Positions 17,961 to 27,339 of a stretch of 64,000 bases of DNA are shown here, piece by piece; within the stretch, counting starts at the first letter, position 1; the number at the start of each line of letters is the position of its first letter. Location of the stretch: contig JBIKVS010000001.1 in assembly GCA_044356725.1 (NCBI GenBank), positions 2,839 to 66,838 on the forward strand, given 5' to 3'. Made by a program: the position numbers and the translations under genes. The notes under the pieces were generated by a model, which made no database searches, had not been told where the DNA came from, and saw only the letters and a list, made by a program, of their open reading frames with translations. This DNA is from Minisyncoccia bacterium. Lineage in GTDB: Bacteria > Patescibacteriota > Minisyncoccia > SW-4-49-11.

Positions 17961-18248
17961 TTATTCTTCAATCTTGGAATCTTTTTTTACTGGGTCTTTA
18001 TGCTTGTCTAGTATCTGATATACTCTTTGTCTAGTTATTTTGTACTTTTTGGCTATATCTTTAACTGACATATCAGACAAAGTATAATCTTCAAGTATTT
18101 TTAAGTGGTTATCATTTGCAAATTTCGAGATATATATTTCTTTCTTTTTACTTCTGGAGTTGTTATGATATCTATCGACGGAAAAGTCAAACATTATGTA
18201 TACTATGCTTAATAATAATTTCCCACATCTTTTAGATATTATTGACAA
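17961..18248 (-). CDS. Small HTH DNA-binding protein; true start probably at the internal Met.
   Basis: LSDMSVKDIAKKYKITRQRVYQILDK is helix-turn-helix-like. Confidence 0.4.
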   Translation of the reverse strand: MSIISKRCGKLLLSIVYIMFDFSVDRYHNNSRSKKKEIYISKFANDNHLKILEDYTLSDMSVKDIAKKYKITRQRVYQILDKHKDPVKKDSKIEE

Positions 18249-18323
18249 AAAATAGTTTTTATGATAACTTTACTAAGCTTACTCCTGTTGAGTAAGTTTA
18301 CTTTAAACAGAGGCTCTTTTTAA

Positions 18324-18524
18324 ATGAATCATCTTCGAAATGCAAGTCGTTTTGGAGTCATATTATTTTGGTCAGTTGTTATTGGTCTGATCCATTCGGC
18401 ATTTAACAACATCGATAATTCCAAATCACTTGGGTGGCCAACATGGTTGTTTTATGGAAGTGTTGGAGGAGCTATAATTTACGGTGGTGCATCTGTAACT
18501 CCCAAACTTTGGAACATCAAATGA
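18324..18524 (+). CDS. Small membrane protein, first gene of the higher-GC cassette.
   Basis: Two TM helices. Its stop overlaps the next start (ATGA). Confidence 0.4.
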   Translation: MNHLRNASRFGVILFWSVVIGLIHSAFNNIDNSKSLGWPTWLFYGSVGGAIIYGGASVTPKLWNIK

Positions 18525-19225
18525 AACTCTCTCTCCTCAAAACAGCTCGCGTTCTTACTGCGATCAGTATTGTGGCATTAGCCAGTGCTTGTTCAAGAGC
18601 ACCTTCCAATGTCCATGTCATTTCTACCACAGACTGTGGTGCAAGATGGACAAAGTTGGTTGTTGGACAAACAGTCCCTGCTCACACAGGTAATCCATGT
18701 GGCTACACTGTTGCCATTCCAAATTGGCCAATGTCGGGAGATGCTAGGTTTAAAACCCAGTTTGCCAAAGGGGTTCTGAGTGATGGAGAAATAAGTTATA
18801 CTTATATCATCACTGATCCACTCAAATTCATCAATAATGCTCGTTATCTGGGCAAAATGGCTGGTAGTTTGGAGATATCTGCTGAGTCTGTTGGTAGTCG
18901 TTATGAAATGGCAGAAAACATACTTATTGATAAATTATTGCGAGAGGTAGCAACAGAACTTACCCGTTCAATTGATGTTGTGAGGGCAAACCCTGCAGAA
19001 ATTGAAGACAATATCTTTAAGAAGGCAAAGACTGATCTTGAAGATAGAGGCATTCAACTATCTGATCTGGCACTCGTTATCAAAAATGACGAACAAACAC
19101 GGCTTGCTATTGATGCAGCAACAGCAATTCGGGTTTATGAAACAGCTGGAATTGGAGATGTTGGCCGACAGGTAATTGTAGCACGTTCTGGTGCTGCAAG
19201 GATCAATGTTAATGCTGGTAAATAA
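18521..19225 (+). CDS. Lipoprotein with a possible SPFH/band-7-like C-terminal region. The start is moved to the internal Met; the ORF-track start at 18434 overlaps the upstream gene.
   Basis: Signal peptide plus lipobox MKLSLLKTARVLTAISIVALASAC. GC is about 42% against about 30% for the genome. Confidence 0.5.
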   Translation: MKLSLLKTARVLTAISIVALASACSRAPSNVHVISTTDCGARWTKLVVGQTVPAHTGNPCGYTVAIPNWPMSGDARFKTQFAKGVLSDGEISYTYIITDPLKFINNARYLGKMAGSLEISAESVGSRYEMAENILIDKLLREVATELTRSIDVVRANPAEIEDNIFKKAKTDLEDRGIQLSDLALVIKNDEQTRLAIDAATAIRVYETAGIGDVGRQVIVARSGAARINVNAGK

Positions 19226-19251
19226 GCATCTGCTATTTTTTTGAATCTTTT

Positions 19252-19290
19252 AGCTACAGGTACATACCGTACTTGTAGCTTTTTTATTTT
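19252..19290 (+). terminator. Strong rho-independent terminator: 11-bp stem AGCTACAGGTA/TACTTGTAGCT followed by TTTTTTATTTTTT.
   Basis: Read directly. Confidence 0.75.
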
Positions 19291-19333
19291 TTAGAATGGT
19301 TTCGTCTTCTTCTCGCCCCTCCTCAAAAAGGCA

Positions 19334-19348
19334 AAAATGTGGTATAAT
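19334..19348 (+). promoter_or_regulatory. Extended -10 element TGTGGTATAAT upstream of hsdR.
   Basis: About 30 nt before the ATG at 19379. Confidence 0.4.
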
Positions 19349-19378
19349 ATAAGTATATAACAAAGCCTAACCCAATAT

Positions 19379-22378
19379 ATGGCATATAATGAAGATACAA
19401 GAGTAAAAATTCCAGCTATACTGCATCTAATGAGCTTAGGTTATGAATATCTTTCTCTCAAAAATCAAAATTATGACCAAGAGACCAATATATTTACAGA
19501 TATATTTATAAATAGTCTTTCTAAATTAAATCCTGACACAGATATTTCAGACATCACAAGAGAATTAAATAGAATAAGTCTAGATCTTGAGAACGAGGAC
19601 TTAGGTAGAGAATTTTATAATAATCTCATCACACCATCAGGTATAAAATACATAGATTTTGATAACCCTAAAAACAATAGCTTCCATATCGTCACCGAAC
19701 TCACCTACAAAAAAGACGAAGATGAATTCCGCCCAGACATAACCTTACTAATCAATGGAATGCCACTAGTCTTCATTGAAGTTAAAAAGCCAAACAATCA
19801 CGAAGGAGTTGTTGCCGAGAGAAACCGAATGAATATTCGTTGCCAAAATAAGCAATTCCGTAAATTCATTAACCTAACCCAACTCCAGATTTTCAGTAAT
19901 AATATGGAGTATCAAGAAGAGGCTAACAATCTTCTTCAGGGAGCTTTTTATGCCACCTCATCTTATACAGAATTTAATTTCAACTCATTTAGAGAAGAAG
20001 AAATCTTTGATTATACTTCAATCATAAAACCATTAACCGAAGATCAAGAAAATCTAGTGCTAAAAGACACCAACCACCCTGCAATCAAAAATTCACCAGA
20101 ATTTATCACCAATAGAAATAAAGAAACCCCCACCAATCGTATATTAACTTCTTTGTGTTCACCCGCCAGATTACTGTGGATACTAAAATATGCCTTTGCA
20201 TATATTGAGCCAGAAATCGGAGGGCTACAAAAACATATAATGAGATACCCTCAAATCTTCGCCTCCAAAGCCATAGTACAACAATTAGATCAAGGACTAC
20301 AAAAAGGTATAATTTGGCATACACAAGGAAGTGGAAAAACAGCCCTCGCTTATTATAGTGTCAAAGTAATTTCAGACTATTACAAAAAATATAATATAGT
20401 TCCAAAATTTTACTTTATAGTAGATAGACTAGATTTATTAACCCAAGCCAAAAGAGAATTCACTAGTAGGGGATTAAAAGTCCACATTATACAAACTAGA
20501 GAAAAATTAATCCAAGACTACCAATTACAACAAGCCACCCGCTCAGCAGATGGAATCCCAGAAATAACCGTCGTCAATATCCAGAAATTCAGTGAAGACT
20601 CCAGCATACTCAATAATCTGGACTATTCAATCAATATCCAGCGAATCTACTTTTTAGATGAAGTACACAGAAGCTACAATCCAAGGGGAAGCTTTTTGGC
20701 TAATCTGATGACATCAGATACCAAAGCTATAAAAATTGGACTCACAGGAACTCCATTGATAGGTAAAAATCGTAATTCAACCAATATCTTTGGAAATTAT
20801 ATACATAAATATTATTACAATTCCTCCATAAGAGATGGTTATACTTTAAGATTAATCAGAGAAGGCATAGATGCTGAATATAGAATTAAATTAGAAGAAA
20901 TTATTCGCTCTATAGAAATCCAAAAAGGCACAGTCAAAAGAGAGCAAATCTACTCCCATCCAAACTTCGCCAAGCCAATGCTAGAATATATCATCAAAGA
21001 CTTTCAAACTAGTCGTAAATACCACGGAGACAATACTATTGGAGCTATGGTAGTCTGCGATAGTTCCGAACAAGCTAAAGTTTTTTATGACATATTCCAA
21101 GCTCAATATGCAAGCGAGCTTAGCTCAGCTCTAATCCTACACGACATCGGTTCCAAAGAAGAAAGGAAAACTCAAGTAGAAAATTACAAAGCAGGTAAAA
21201 TAGACATACTTTTTGTATACAATATGCTACTCACTGGTTTTGATGCTCCAAGACTTAAAAAACTATATCTAGGACGAATGGTCAAAGAGCATAATTTACT
21301 CCAAACCTTAACCAGAGTCAATCGCCCCTACAAAAATTTCAGATACGGCTTCGTAGTAGATTTTGTCGATATCAGACAAGAATTCGAAGCCACCAACAAA
21401 GCCTATTTTGAAGAATTACAGCAAGAATTAGGAGACGAAATACAATATTACAAAGATATGTTCGTCAGCCCTGAGGAAGTAGAACAACAACTCAACCAAG
21501 CCAATGATGTGCTTATTACCTACGACACCCAAAATGCCGAAATTTTCTCCCAACAAATCAGTCAAATAGAAGACCACAAAGAAGTACTAAGCATCAAAAA
21601 AGCCCTCGAGAACCTCACCAATCTTTATAATATAGCCAGACTATATGGCCAAACCGAAATATTAGAAAAAATAGACTTTCTCCAAATCAGAAGACTATAT
21701 AATGAAATATCACATAGACTAGAACTGCTAAAACTCAAAGAAGCAATGGAATCCAAAGTAGACAATCAAAACCTCATCAATGAGGCAATGGAAAATATCT
21801 ACCTCACCTTCCGCAAAGTCTCCGAAGAAGAACTCCAAATCTCAGACCAGCTCCACGACACAATGAAAAAAACTCGTGAAGCCCTACAAGTCAACTTCGA
21901 CCAAAAAGACCCAGAATTCATATCACTATACGAAGAATTACAAAAAATCTTCCAAAGAAAAAAGATGAATGAAATGACCCAGGAAGATATGCAGTATAAT
22001 ATAGAACATCTAGACAATATCTATCACAAAATCACCGAAGTCAATCGTCGCAACAACCTCCTCAAAGCCAAATATGAATCAGACGAAAAATATGCTCGTA
22101 TTCACAAAAGACTAACACAAGACAACCGATTTACCGACAAAAGACAAGCCCAAATTATCCAAGCCCTACTCAATATCAAGCATCAAACCGACCACATCGT
22201 CCTCAATAATCAAGCCGTCATAGAAAAAGAAGAATACTTCAAAGACACAATGATGCCAATCCTAATCCAAGCCTTCCAGACTGAAAAACTACCCCTAGAC
22301 AGCATCGCCGCCAAAGATATCAACACTTGGATTACCAAAGAATACCTACAAGAATATAATGGACATCACCTATGGTAG
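19379..22378 (+). CDS. hsdR: Type I restriction enzyme R subunit.
   Basis: N-terminal HsdR-N region; helicase motif I WHTQGSGKT; motif II FLDEVHRS; 999 aa; overlaps hsdM. Confidence 0.85.
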   Translation: MAYNEDTRVKIPAILHLMSLGYEYLSLKNQNYDQETNIFTDIFINSLSKLNPDTDISDITRELNRISLDLENEDLGREFYNNLITPSGIKYIDFDNPKNNSFHIVTELTYKKDEDEFRPDITLLINGMPLVFIEVKKPNNHEGVVAERNRMNIRCQNKQFRKFINLTQLQIFSNNMEYQEEANNLLQGAFYATSSYTEFNFNSFREEEIFDYTSIIKPLTEDQENLVLKDTNHPAIKNSPEFITNRNKETPTNRILTSLCSPARLLWILKYAFAYIEPEIGGLQKHIMRYPQIFASKAIVQQLDQGLQKGIIWHTQGSGKTALAYYSVKVISDYYKKYNIVPKFYFIVDRLDLLTQAKREFTSRGLKVHIIQTREKLIQDYQLQQATRSADGIPEITVVNIQKFSEDSSILNNLDYSINIQRIYFLDEVHRSYNPRGSFLANLMTSDTKAIKIGLTGTPLIGKNRNSTNIFGNYIHKYYYNSSIRDGYTLRLIREGIDAEYRIKLEEIIRSIEIQKGTVKREQIYSHPNFAKPMLEYIIKDFQTSRKYHGDNTIGAMVVCDSSEQAKVFYDIFQAQYASELSSALILHDIGSKEERKTQVENYKAGKIDILFVYNMLLTGFDAPRLKKLYLGRMVKEHNLLQTLTRVNRPYKNFRYGFVVDFVDIRQEFEATNKAYFEELQQELGDEIQYYKDMFVSPEEVEQQLNQANDVLITYDTQNAEIFSQQISQIEDHKEVLSIKKALENLTNLYNIARLYGQTEILEKIDFLQIRRLYNEISHRLELLKLKEAMESKVDNQNLINEAMENIYLTFRKVSEEELQISDQLHDTMKKTREALQVNFDQKDPEFISLYEELQKIFQRKKMNEMTQEDMQYNIEHLDNIYHKITEVNRRNNLLKAKYESDEKYARIHKRLTQDNRFTDKRQAQIIQALLNIKHQTDHIVLNNQAVIEKEEYFKDTMMPILIQAFQTEKLPLDSIAAKDINTWITKEYLQEYNGHHLW

Positions 22379-23982
22379 AGCAAATTTTCATACAACAAAC
22401 CAAACACCTCATAGACACACTCAAAACAACCTGTGCCAACTATGGATTAGGTAATGATGGGAATGAATTCAAAATCATCACCCAAGCCTTTTTATATAAA
22501 TTCCTAAACGATAAATTCGCCCATCAAGCCAAAAGTATAGATTCAAGACTCGCCCAAGCCGACAATTGGGAGCAAGAAGTACAAAAATATAGCCAAGAAG
22601 AATACGAAATGCTACTCCTAAAAATGGGAGCCTCCATTAAACTCAAACCACAACATTATATTTCTTATCTATTCAACAGACAAGGAGAAGACGATTTTCA
22701 TAAACTTTTTGACGACACCCTCCGAGATATAGCCGACCTCAATAGCTCTATTTTCTCAGTCCAAACAGGAGGTGGAGCCAAAATACAACTATTCGATGAA
22801 TTAAGCCAATTTGTTCACGACCCCTCCCAGCGAGATGCTTTTTGTAAAGCCATCATCAACCCTCTAGTCAATATCAACTTTGAGAACATCTACCAACAAA
22901 AATACGACTTTTTCTCCACCATCTTTGAATATATGATCAAAGATTACAACAAGGACGGAGGCGGGAAATATGCCGAGTATTACACCCCCCATGCCGTTGC
23001 CAAAGTAATGGCACAAGTAATGGTAGATAAAGATTTCCGCAATGTCACCGTCTACGACCCCTCCGCAGGGTCAGGAACATTATTAATGAATATCGCCCAT
23101 GCTATCGGAGAAGATAAATGTAGTATTTATTCTCAAGATATTTCTCAAAAATCCTCCAATCTACTCAGATTAAACCTAATCCTAAACGATTTAAACCACT
23201 CCATCGCCAATATCATCCAAGGCGACACAATGATGAAACCAGCTCACAGAGATAAAAAATTTGACTTCATCGTCTCCAATCCACCCTTCAAATTAGACTT
23301 TAGCGAATACCGAGACGACCTAGATAGCAAAATCAATCACGAAAGATTTTTTGCAGGAATTCCCAAAACCCCTAAAAAAGATGTAGATAAAATGGCAATA
23401 TATCTACTTTTCATACAACATATAATGTATTCACTCAGCGATACGGGTCGTGCCGCCATAGTCGTCCCAACAGGATTTATCACCGCACAAAGTGGTATAG
23501 AGAAGAAAATTCGCCAACAAATGATTGAACAACAAATGCTCAAAGGAGTAGTCAGTATGCCCAGCAATATCTTCGCCACCACAGGAACTAATGTCTCAAT
23601 TCTTTTCCTAGATAGAGATAATACCAGTGGGGAAGTAGTCTTAATGGATGCCTCCAAACTTGGTAAAACCATCAAAGATGGCAAAAACCAAAAAACCCTA
23701 TTATCAGAAGCAGATGAACAACAAATTATTGACTCCTTTAGAAACCGAGAAGCAATTGAAGACTTCTCCGTCGTAGTCAGTTTTGATGAAATTAAAGAGA
23801 AAAATTATAGCTTTAGTGCAGGACAATACTTTGATATCAAAATAGAATATACAGACATAACCCCAGCAGAATTTAGCCAAAAAATGCAAAATTACAAAAC
23901 TAATTTAGCCAATTATTTTCAAGAATCCAAAGAATTAGAAAATCAAATTTTTGAAAATTTGGATAAATTAAAATATGAGTAA
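22372..23982 (+). CDS. hsdM: Type I R-M N6-adenine DNA methyltransferase M subunit.
   Basis: Catalytic motif IVSNPPF; AdoMet motif DPSAGSGTLL; N-terminal HsdM-N domain. Confidence 0.9.
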   Translation: MVEQIFIQQTKHLIDTLKTTCANYGLGNDGNEFKIITQAFLYKFLNDKFAHQAKSIDSRLAQADNWEQEVQKYSQEEYEMLLLKMGASIKLKPQHYISYLFNRQGEDDFHKLFDDTLRDIADLNSSIFSVQTGGGAKIQLFDELSQFVHDPSQRDAFCKAIINPLVNINFENIYQQKYDFFSTIFEYMIKDYNKDGGGKYAEYYTPHAVAKVMAQVMVDKDFRNVTVYDPSAGSGTLLMNIAHAIGEDKCSIYSQDISQKSSNLLRLNLILNDLNHSIANIIQGDTMMKPAHRDKKFDFIVSNPPFKLDFSEYRDDLDSKINHERFFAGIPKTPKKDVDKMAIYLLFIQHIMYSLSDTGRAAIVVPTGFITAQSGIEKKIRQQMIEQQMLKGVVSMPSNIFATTGTNVSILFLDRDNTSGEVVLMDASKLGKTIKDGKNQKTLLSEADEQQIIDSFRNREAIEDFSVVVSFDEIKEKNYSFSAGQYFDIKIEYTDITPAEFSQKMQNYKTNLANYFQESKELENQIFENLDKLKYE

Positions 23983-24832
23983 TCAAACAAGAAAAATTAA
24001 GGTAGAAGGCAAAGAGATTACATTATTTGTTGAGAATGATAATGATTTTATTTCTCTTACCGATATATTAAAATCAAAAGATGGAGACTTTTTTATTTCT
24101 GATTGGTTACGAAATAGAAATACATTAGAGTTTCTAGGGGCTTGGGAACAATTAAATAACCCCGATTTTAATTATGGCGAATTCGCCATAATTAAAAATC
24201 AATCAGGATTAAATAGCTATAAAATTAGTGTCAAAGAATGGGTACAAAAGACCAATGCAATAGGATTAAGAGCAGTAGCTGGTCGTTATGGAGGCACTTA
24301 TGCACATAAAGATATTGCCTTTGAATTTGGGATGTGGATTAGTCCAATGTTCAAACTGTATCTCATTAAAGAATTCCAAAGACTCAAAGAAGAAGAAAAT
24401 AGACGATTAGAACTAGGTTGGGACTTAAAACGAGACCTAACAAAAATTAACTATAAAATACACACAGATGCTATCAAAGAACATATTATTCCAAAATTAA
24501 CAAAAAAAGACATTAAATTTGTATATCCCAGTGAAGCAGATATTTTGAATAAAGCACTCTTTGGAATGACTGCAAGTGAATGGAAAGAAAAAAATCCAGA
24601 TAAAAAAGGAAATATGCGAGATTCAGCCGATGTTTATCAATTGGTATGTCTTGCCAATCTTGAGACTCATAATGCCGAATTTATTGAACAAGGACTAACT
24701 CAAGCAGAGAGGATATATAAGTTGAATACAATTGCCATAAGACAAATGAAGTCATTAACTACAAATATCCAAGTAAAATCATTAGACCAGAAAAGCAAAA
24801 AAATGATAGAGTCTAAGGAGGAGGGGATATGA
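23975..24832 (+). CDS. KilA-N domain protein embedded in the R-M operon.
   Basis: KEITLFVENDNDFISLTDILKSKDGDFFISDWLRNRNTLEFLGAWEQLNNPDFNYGEFAIIK...GRYGGTYAHKDIAFEFGMWISP recalled as the KilA-N family seen in type I R-M loci. Its start overlaps the hsdM stop and its stop overlaps the hsdS start. Confidence 0.6.
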   Translation: MSNQTRKIKVEGKEITLFVENDNDFISLTDILKSKDGDFFISDWLRNRNTLEFLGAWEQLNNPDFNYGEFAIIKNQSGLNSYKISVKEWVQKTNAIGLRAVAGRYGGTYAHKDIAFEFGMWISPMFKLYLIKEFQRLKEEENRRLELGWDLKRDLTKINYKIHTDAIKEHIIPKLTKKDIKFVYPSEADILNKALFGMTASEWKEKNPDKKGNMRDSADVYQLVCLANLETHNAEFIEQGLTQAERIYKLNTIAIRQMKSLTTNIQVKSLDQKSKKMIESKEEGI

Positions 24833-26064
24833 GTAAAAAAGTAATACAAATTGGTAAAATAGCAAAACTTAATTTTAAAACACTTCGTGAAAGTGATAAT
24901 TTATCTGTAATTCAGTATCTAGATACAGGAAATATAACTAAAGATGAAATACAAAATTTACAGATACTAAACATAAAACAAGGTAGATTTCCAAGTAGAG
25001 CTAAAAGAAGAGTTAAAGAAAATACTATTATTTACTCCACGGTTAGACCAAATCAAAAACATTATGGTATCTTAAAAAGTCCAAATAAAAATTTAATTGT
25101 TTCAACTGGATTTACAACAATTGACATCATTAATAAAAAAAATGATCCAAAATTTATTTATTATCTTTTAACTCAAAACCAAATTACAGAACATCTTCAT
25201 AAAATAGGAATGAACGGGACTTCTTCTTACCCTTCAATTAAACCTGAAGATATTGGTAATTTGAAATTTATAATTCCAGAAAACATTCAAGACCAACAAA
25301 AAATCGCCTCTGTATTCTCAACAATTGATTCTAAAATCGAACTCAATAACAAAATCAATACCGAGCTCGAGCAAATGGCAAAAACCCTCTACGACTACTG
25401 GTTCGTACAATTTGATTTCCCAGTCCCTAAAAATTCCCCTCTTGAGGGGTGGACAGCTTCGCTGGACGGGGTGGAAGAAACAAAACCCTACAAAACCAGC
25501 GGCGGAGCAATGGTCTATAGCCAAGAACTAAAAAGACACATCCCCAAAGGCTGGGAGGTGAAGAAAATTAGTGATTTATTACCAGTAATTACAGGGAAGC
25601 AAGATGCAAATTTTGCTACCGAAAATGGAGAATATAATTTTTTTACTTGTGGAGAGGAAATCTTAAAATGTAATTCATACGAATTTGAAGGGAAGGCTGT
25701 TTTGATTGCAGGAAATGGAAATTTTGGGATCAAATTATATGAAGGAAAATTTAATGCCTATCAGCGAACATATATTCTAATGCCAAACAATGAAAAGCAT
25801 TACACTATTATTTATCTTGCAGTAAAAGATAAAATACAGTCTTTCAAAAATAGTTCTCGTGGTTCAATTATAAAATTTATAACAAAAGGAGATATAGAAA
25901 ATATTTTAATTCCTTTGCCAAAAGATAAGGATTTAGATGTATTTACTCAGCTCAATAATATCACAGAGAAAATTGAAAAAAATCTTGAAGAAAATCAAAA
26001 GCTTGCTGAGCTTAGAGACTTTCTCTTACCAATGCTTATGAATGGACAGATAGTAGTGGAGTAG
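24829..26064 (+). CDS. hsdS: Type I R-M specificity subunit with two target-recognition domains.
   Basis: Position in the operon; two-TRD architecture with conserved central and C-terminal coiled regions. Confidence 0.8.
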   Translation: MSKKVIQIGKIAKLNFKTLRESDNLSVIQYLDTGNITKDEIQNLQILNIKQGRFPSRAKRRVKENTIIYSTVRPNQKHYGILKSPNKNLIVSTGFTTIDIINKKNDPKFIYYLLTQNQITEHLHKIGMNGTSSYPSIKPEDIGNLKFIIPENIQDQQKIASVFSTIDSKIELNNKINTELEQMAKTLYDYWFVQFDFPVPKNSPLEGWTASLDGVEETKPYKTSGGAMVYSQELKRHIPKGWEVKKISDLLPVITGKQDANFATENGEYNFFTCGEEILKCNSYEFEGKAVLIAGNGNFGIKLYEGKFNAYQRTYILMPNNEKHYTIIYLAVKDKIQSFKNSSRGSIIKFITKGDIENILIPLPKDKDLDVFTQLNNITEKIEKNLEENQKLAELRDFLLPMLMNGQIVVE

Positions 26065-26067
26065 CAT

Positions 26068-26823
26068 TTGATACATAAGTTAAGCTTAGTGAAATTTATA
26101 AAATTAGGAGTTATGAAATTTATTCAAGTAAAAGTTAATTCGAACAGGGAAACTCAACTTTGCCTTACTTCAAAAGAACTAAAAGACTTACTCCGCAAAA
26201 ATATTCATAGAGAATTGGATGAATTAGTAGGTCAAAATATTGATCATGATAAACAAGAATTAATTGATAAAGCTTTTGAATCCGGTAAAAGAAGTGCAAA
26301 TACTAAAATGTATGAATATTATGAGGCAATATTATTTGGATACCACTATTTTGAAAGAGAATATGAATTTTGTTTTAATCTTAAGTCCTCTTTTGATGTT
26401 GATAAAAGTAGGATCAATTCAATAATGGACTTAGATATTTATAAAGTTGACCCTCCTGATATTATAATATTGTATAAGGGTAGTTTTCATTATTTTGAGC
26501 TCAAAAGATATAAAGATGAGATTAATCAGGATGCACTTTTATCTTTTGTGATGACAAAAATTTTAAAGCATTATCAACCTAATCTTAAGTATAATTATCT
26601 CATATTACTACAGTCACCACAGGCATTTGTAGGTGATAAAGTTTTTGAAACATTACATCATACTATCCAAAATCAAGAATTGATGAAGGGTTTTTTAGGT
26701 AATATTACTTTTTGTTTAAATGATAATAATGAAAAACATCTTTATATAAGAGTGTGGCCAGAATTTTATCATGAAGACAAACCTTTCGTCTCCATGAGTA
26801 AAATATTCAGTGATGTAGATTGA
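26068..26823 (+). CDS. Hypothetical protein with a possible PD-(D/E)xK motif (PPDIIILYKGSFHYFELKRYK); last gene of the R-M operon.
   Basis: Starts 4 nt after the hsdS stop. The motif is a weak pattern match only. Confidence 0.35.
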   Translation: MIHKLSLVKFIKLGVMKFIQVKVNSNRETQLCLTSKELKDLLRKNIHRELDELVGQNIDHDKQELIDKAFESGKRSANTKMYEYYEAILFGYHYFEREYEFCFNLKSSFDVDKSRINSIMDLDIYKVDPPDIIILYKGSFHYFELKRYKDEINQDALLSFVMTKILKHYQPNLKYNYLILLQSPQAFVGDKVFETLHHTIQNQELMKGFLGNITFCLNDNNEKHLYIRVWPEFYHEDKPFVSMSKIFSDVD

Positions 26824-26935
26824 TAATTATGTCATAATGTGGATAACTGATCTGTAGTAAATTTTAATTACCTGTTAAAATAAGAAAGTACCTCTTCTAC
26901 AGGTACTTTCTTAAAATAAAATCTTACCAGTTCTC

Positions 26936-27109
26936 TTAAGTAAGATCTCGGATAGGAGTACACAAATTGGTGCTTTTTACTAGTTCGATAGCATGTAAGG
27001 CACTATTTTTGTTTACATAAGCTTCGCCATGAGCAATAATTTCATTGTTTCCTGATTTTAGATTCCAGCGAAATTGCCCATATATATCTTTATATAATGT
27101 AAAATACAT
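26936..27109 (-). CDS. YegP/DUF1508-like small protein, 57 aa, below the ORF-track size cut-off.
   Basis: Own translation: MYFTLYKDIYGQFRWNLKSGNNEIIAHGEAYVNKNSALHAIELVKSTNLCTPIRDLT, which matches the DUF1508 pattern Y.D..G.WRFRLKA.NGEIIA.SEGY..K. Confidence 0.45.
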   Translation of the reverse strand: MYFTLYKDIYGQFRWNLKSGNNEIIAHGEAYVNKNSALHAIELVKSTNLCTPIRDLT

Positions 27110-27266
27110 ATATTTTTTTAATTATTTTAATATTCGATTAGAGTTTTATTATTCAACCTCGACCTCATATTGTAGCAATATGGGTAGATTTTATTACTCG
27201 TAATGTCATTGTATAAAATGTTTTCTTTCTTGTCAACAAAACTTACAAAATACAAAGTAAAAATAC

Positions 27267-27296
27267 TTGACAAAATGTAAAGTATGGGTGTATAAT
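27267..27296 (+). promoter_or_regulatory. Consensus promoter TTGACA-18nt-TATAAT for the HTH-Panacea gene.
   Basis: Read directly; about 40 nt upstream of the ATG at 27340. Confidence 0.6.
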
Positions 27297-27339
27297 ATAT
27301 TTGTATTAAAAATAAAAATTAGATTTAAGTTTTGGGTAT

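Noticed and set aside
18434-18520. Upstream extension of the lipoprotein ORF (MANMVVLWKCW...)
   Set aside because: It overlaps the preceding small membrane-protein gene in another frame. The internal Met gives a textbook lipoprotein signal peptide and an ATGA coupling junction, so the start was moved to 18521.
12894-24832. Prophage, considered because of the Bro-N, KilA-N and T5orf172 domains
   Set aside because: There is no integrase, terminase, capsid/tail genes or att repeats. These domains are common in defence islands and R-M operons, so the region is called an accessory/defence island, not a prophage.
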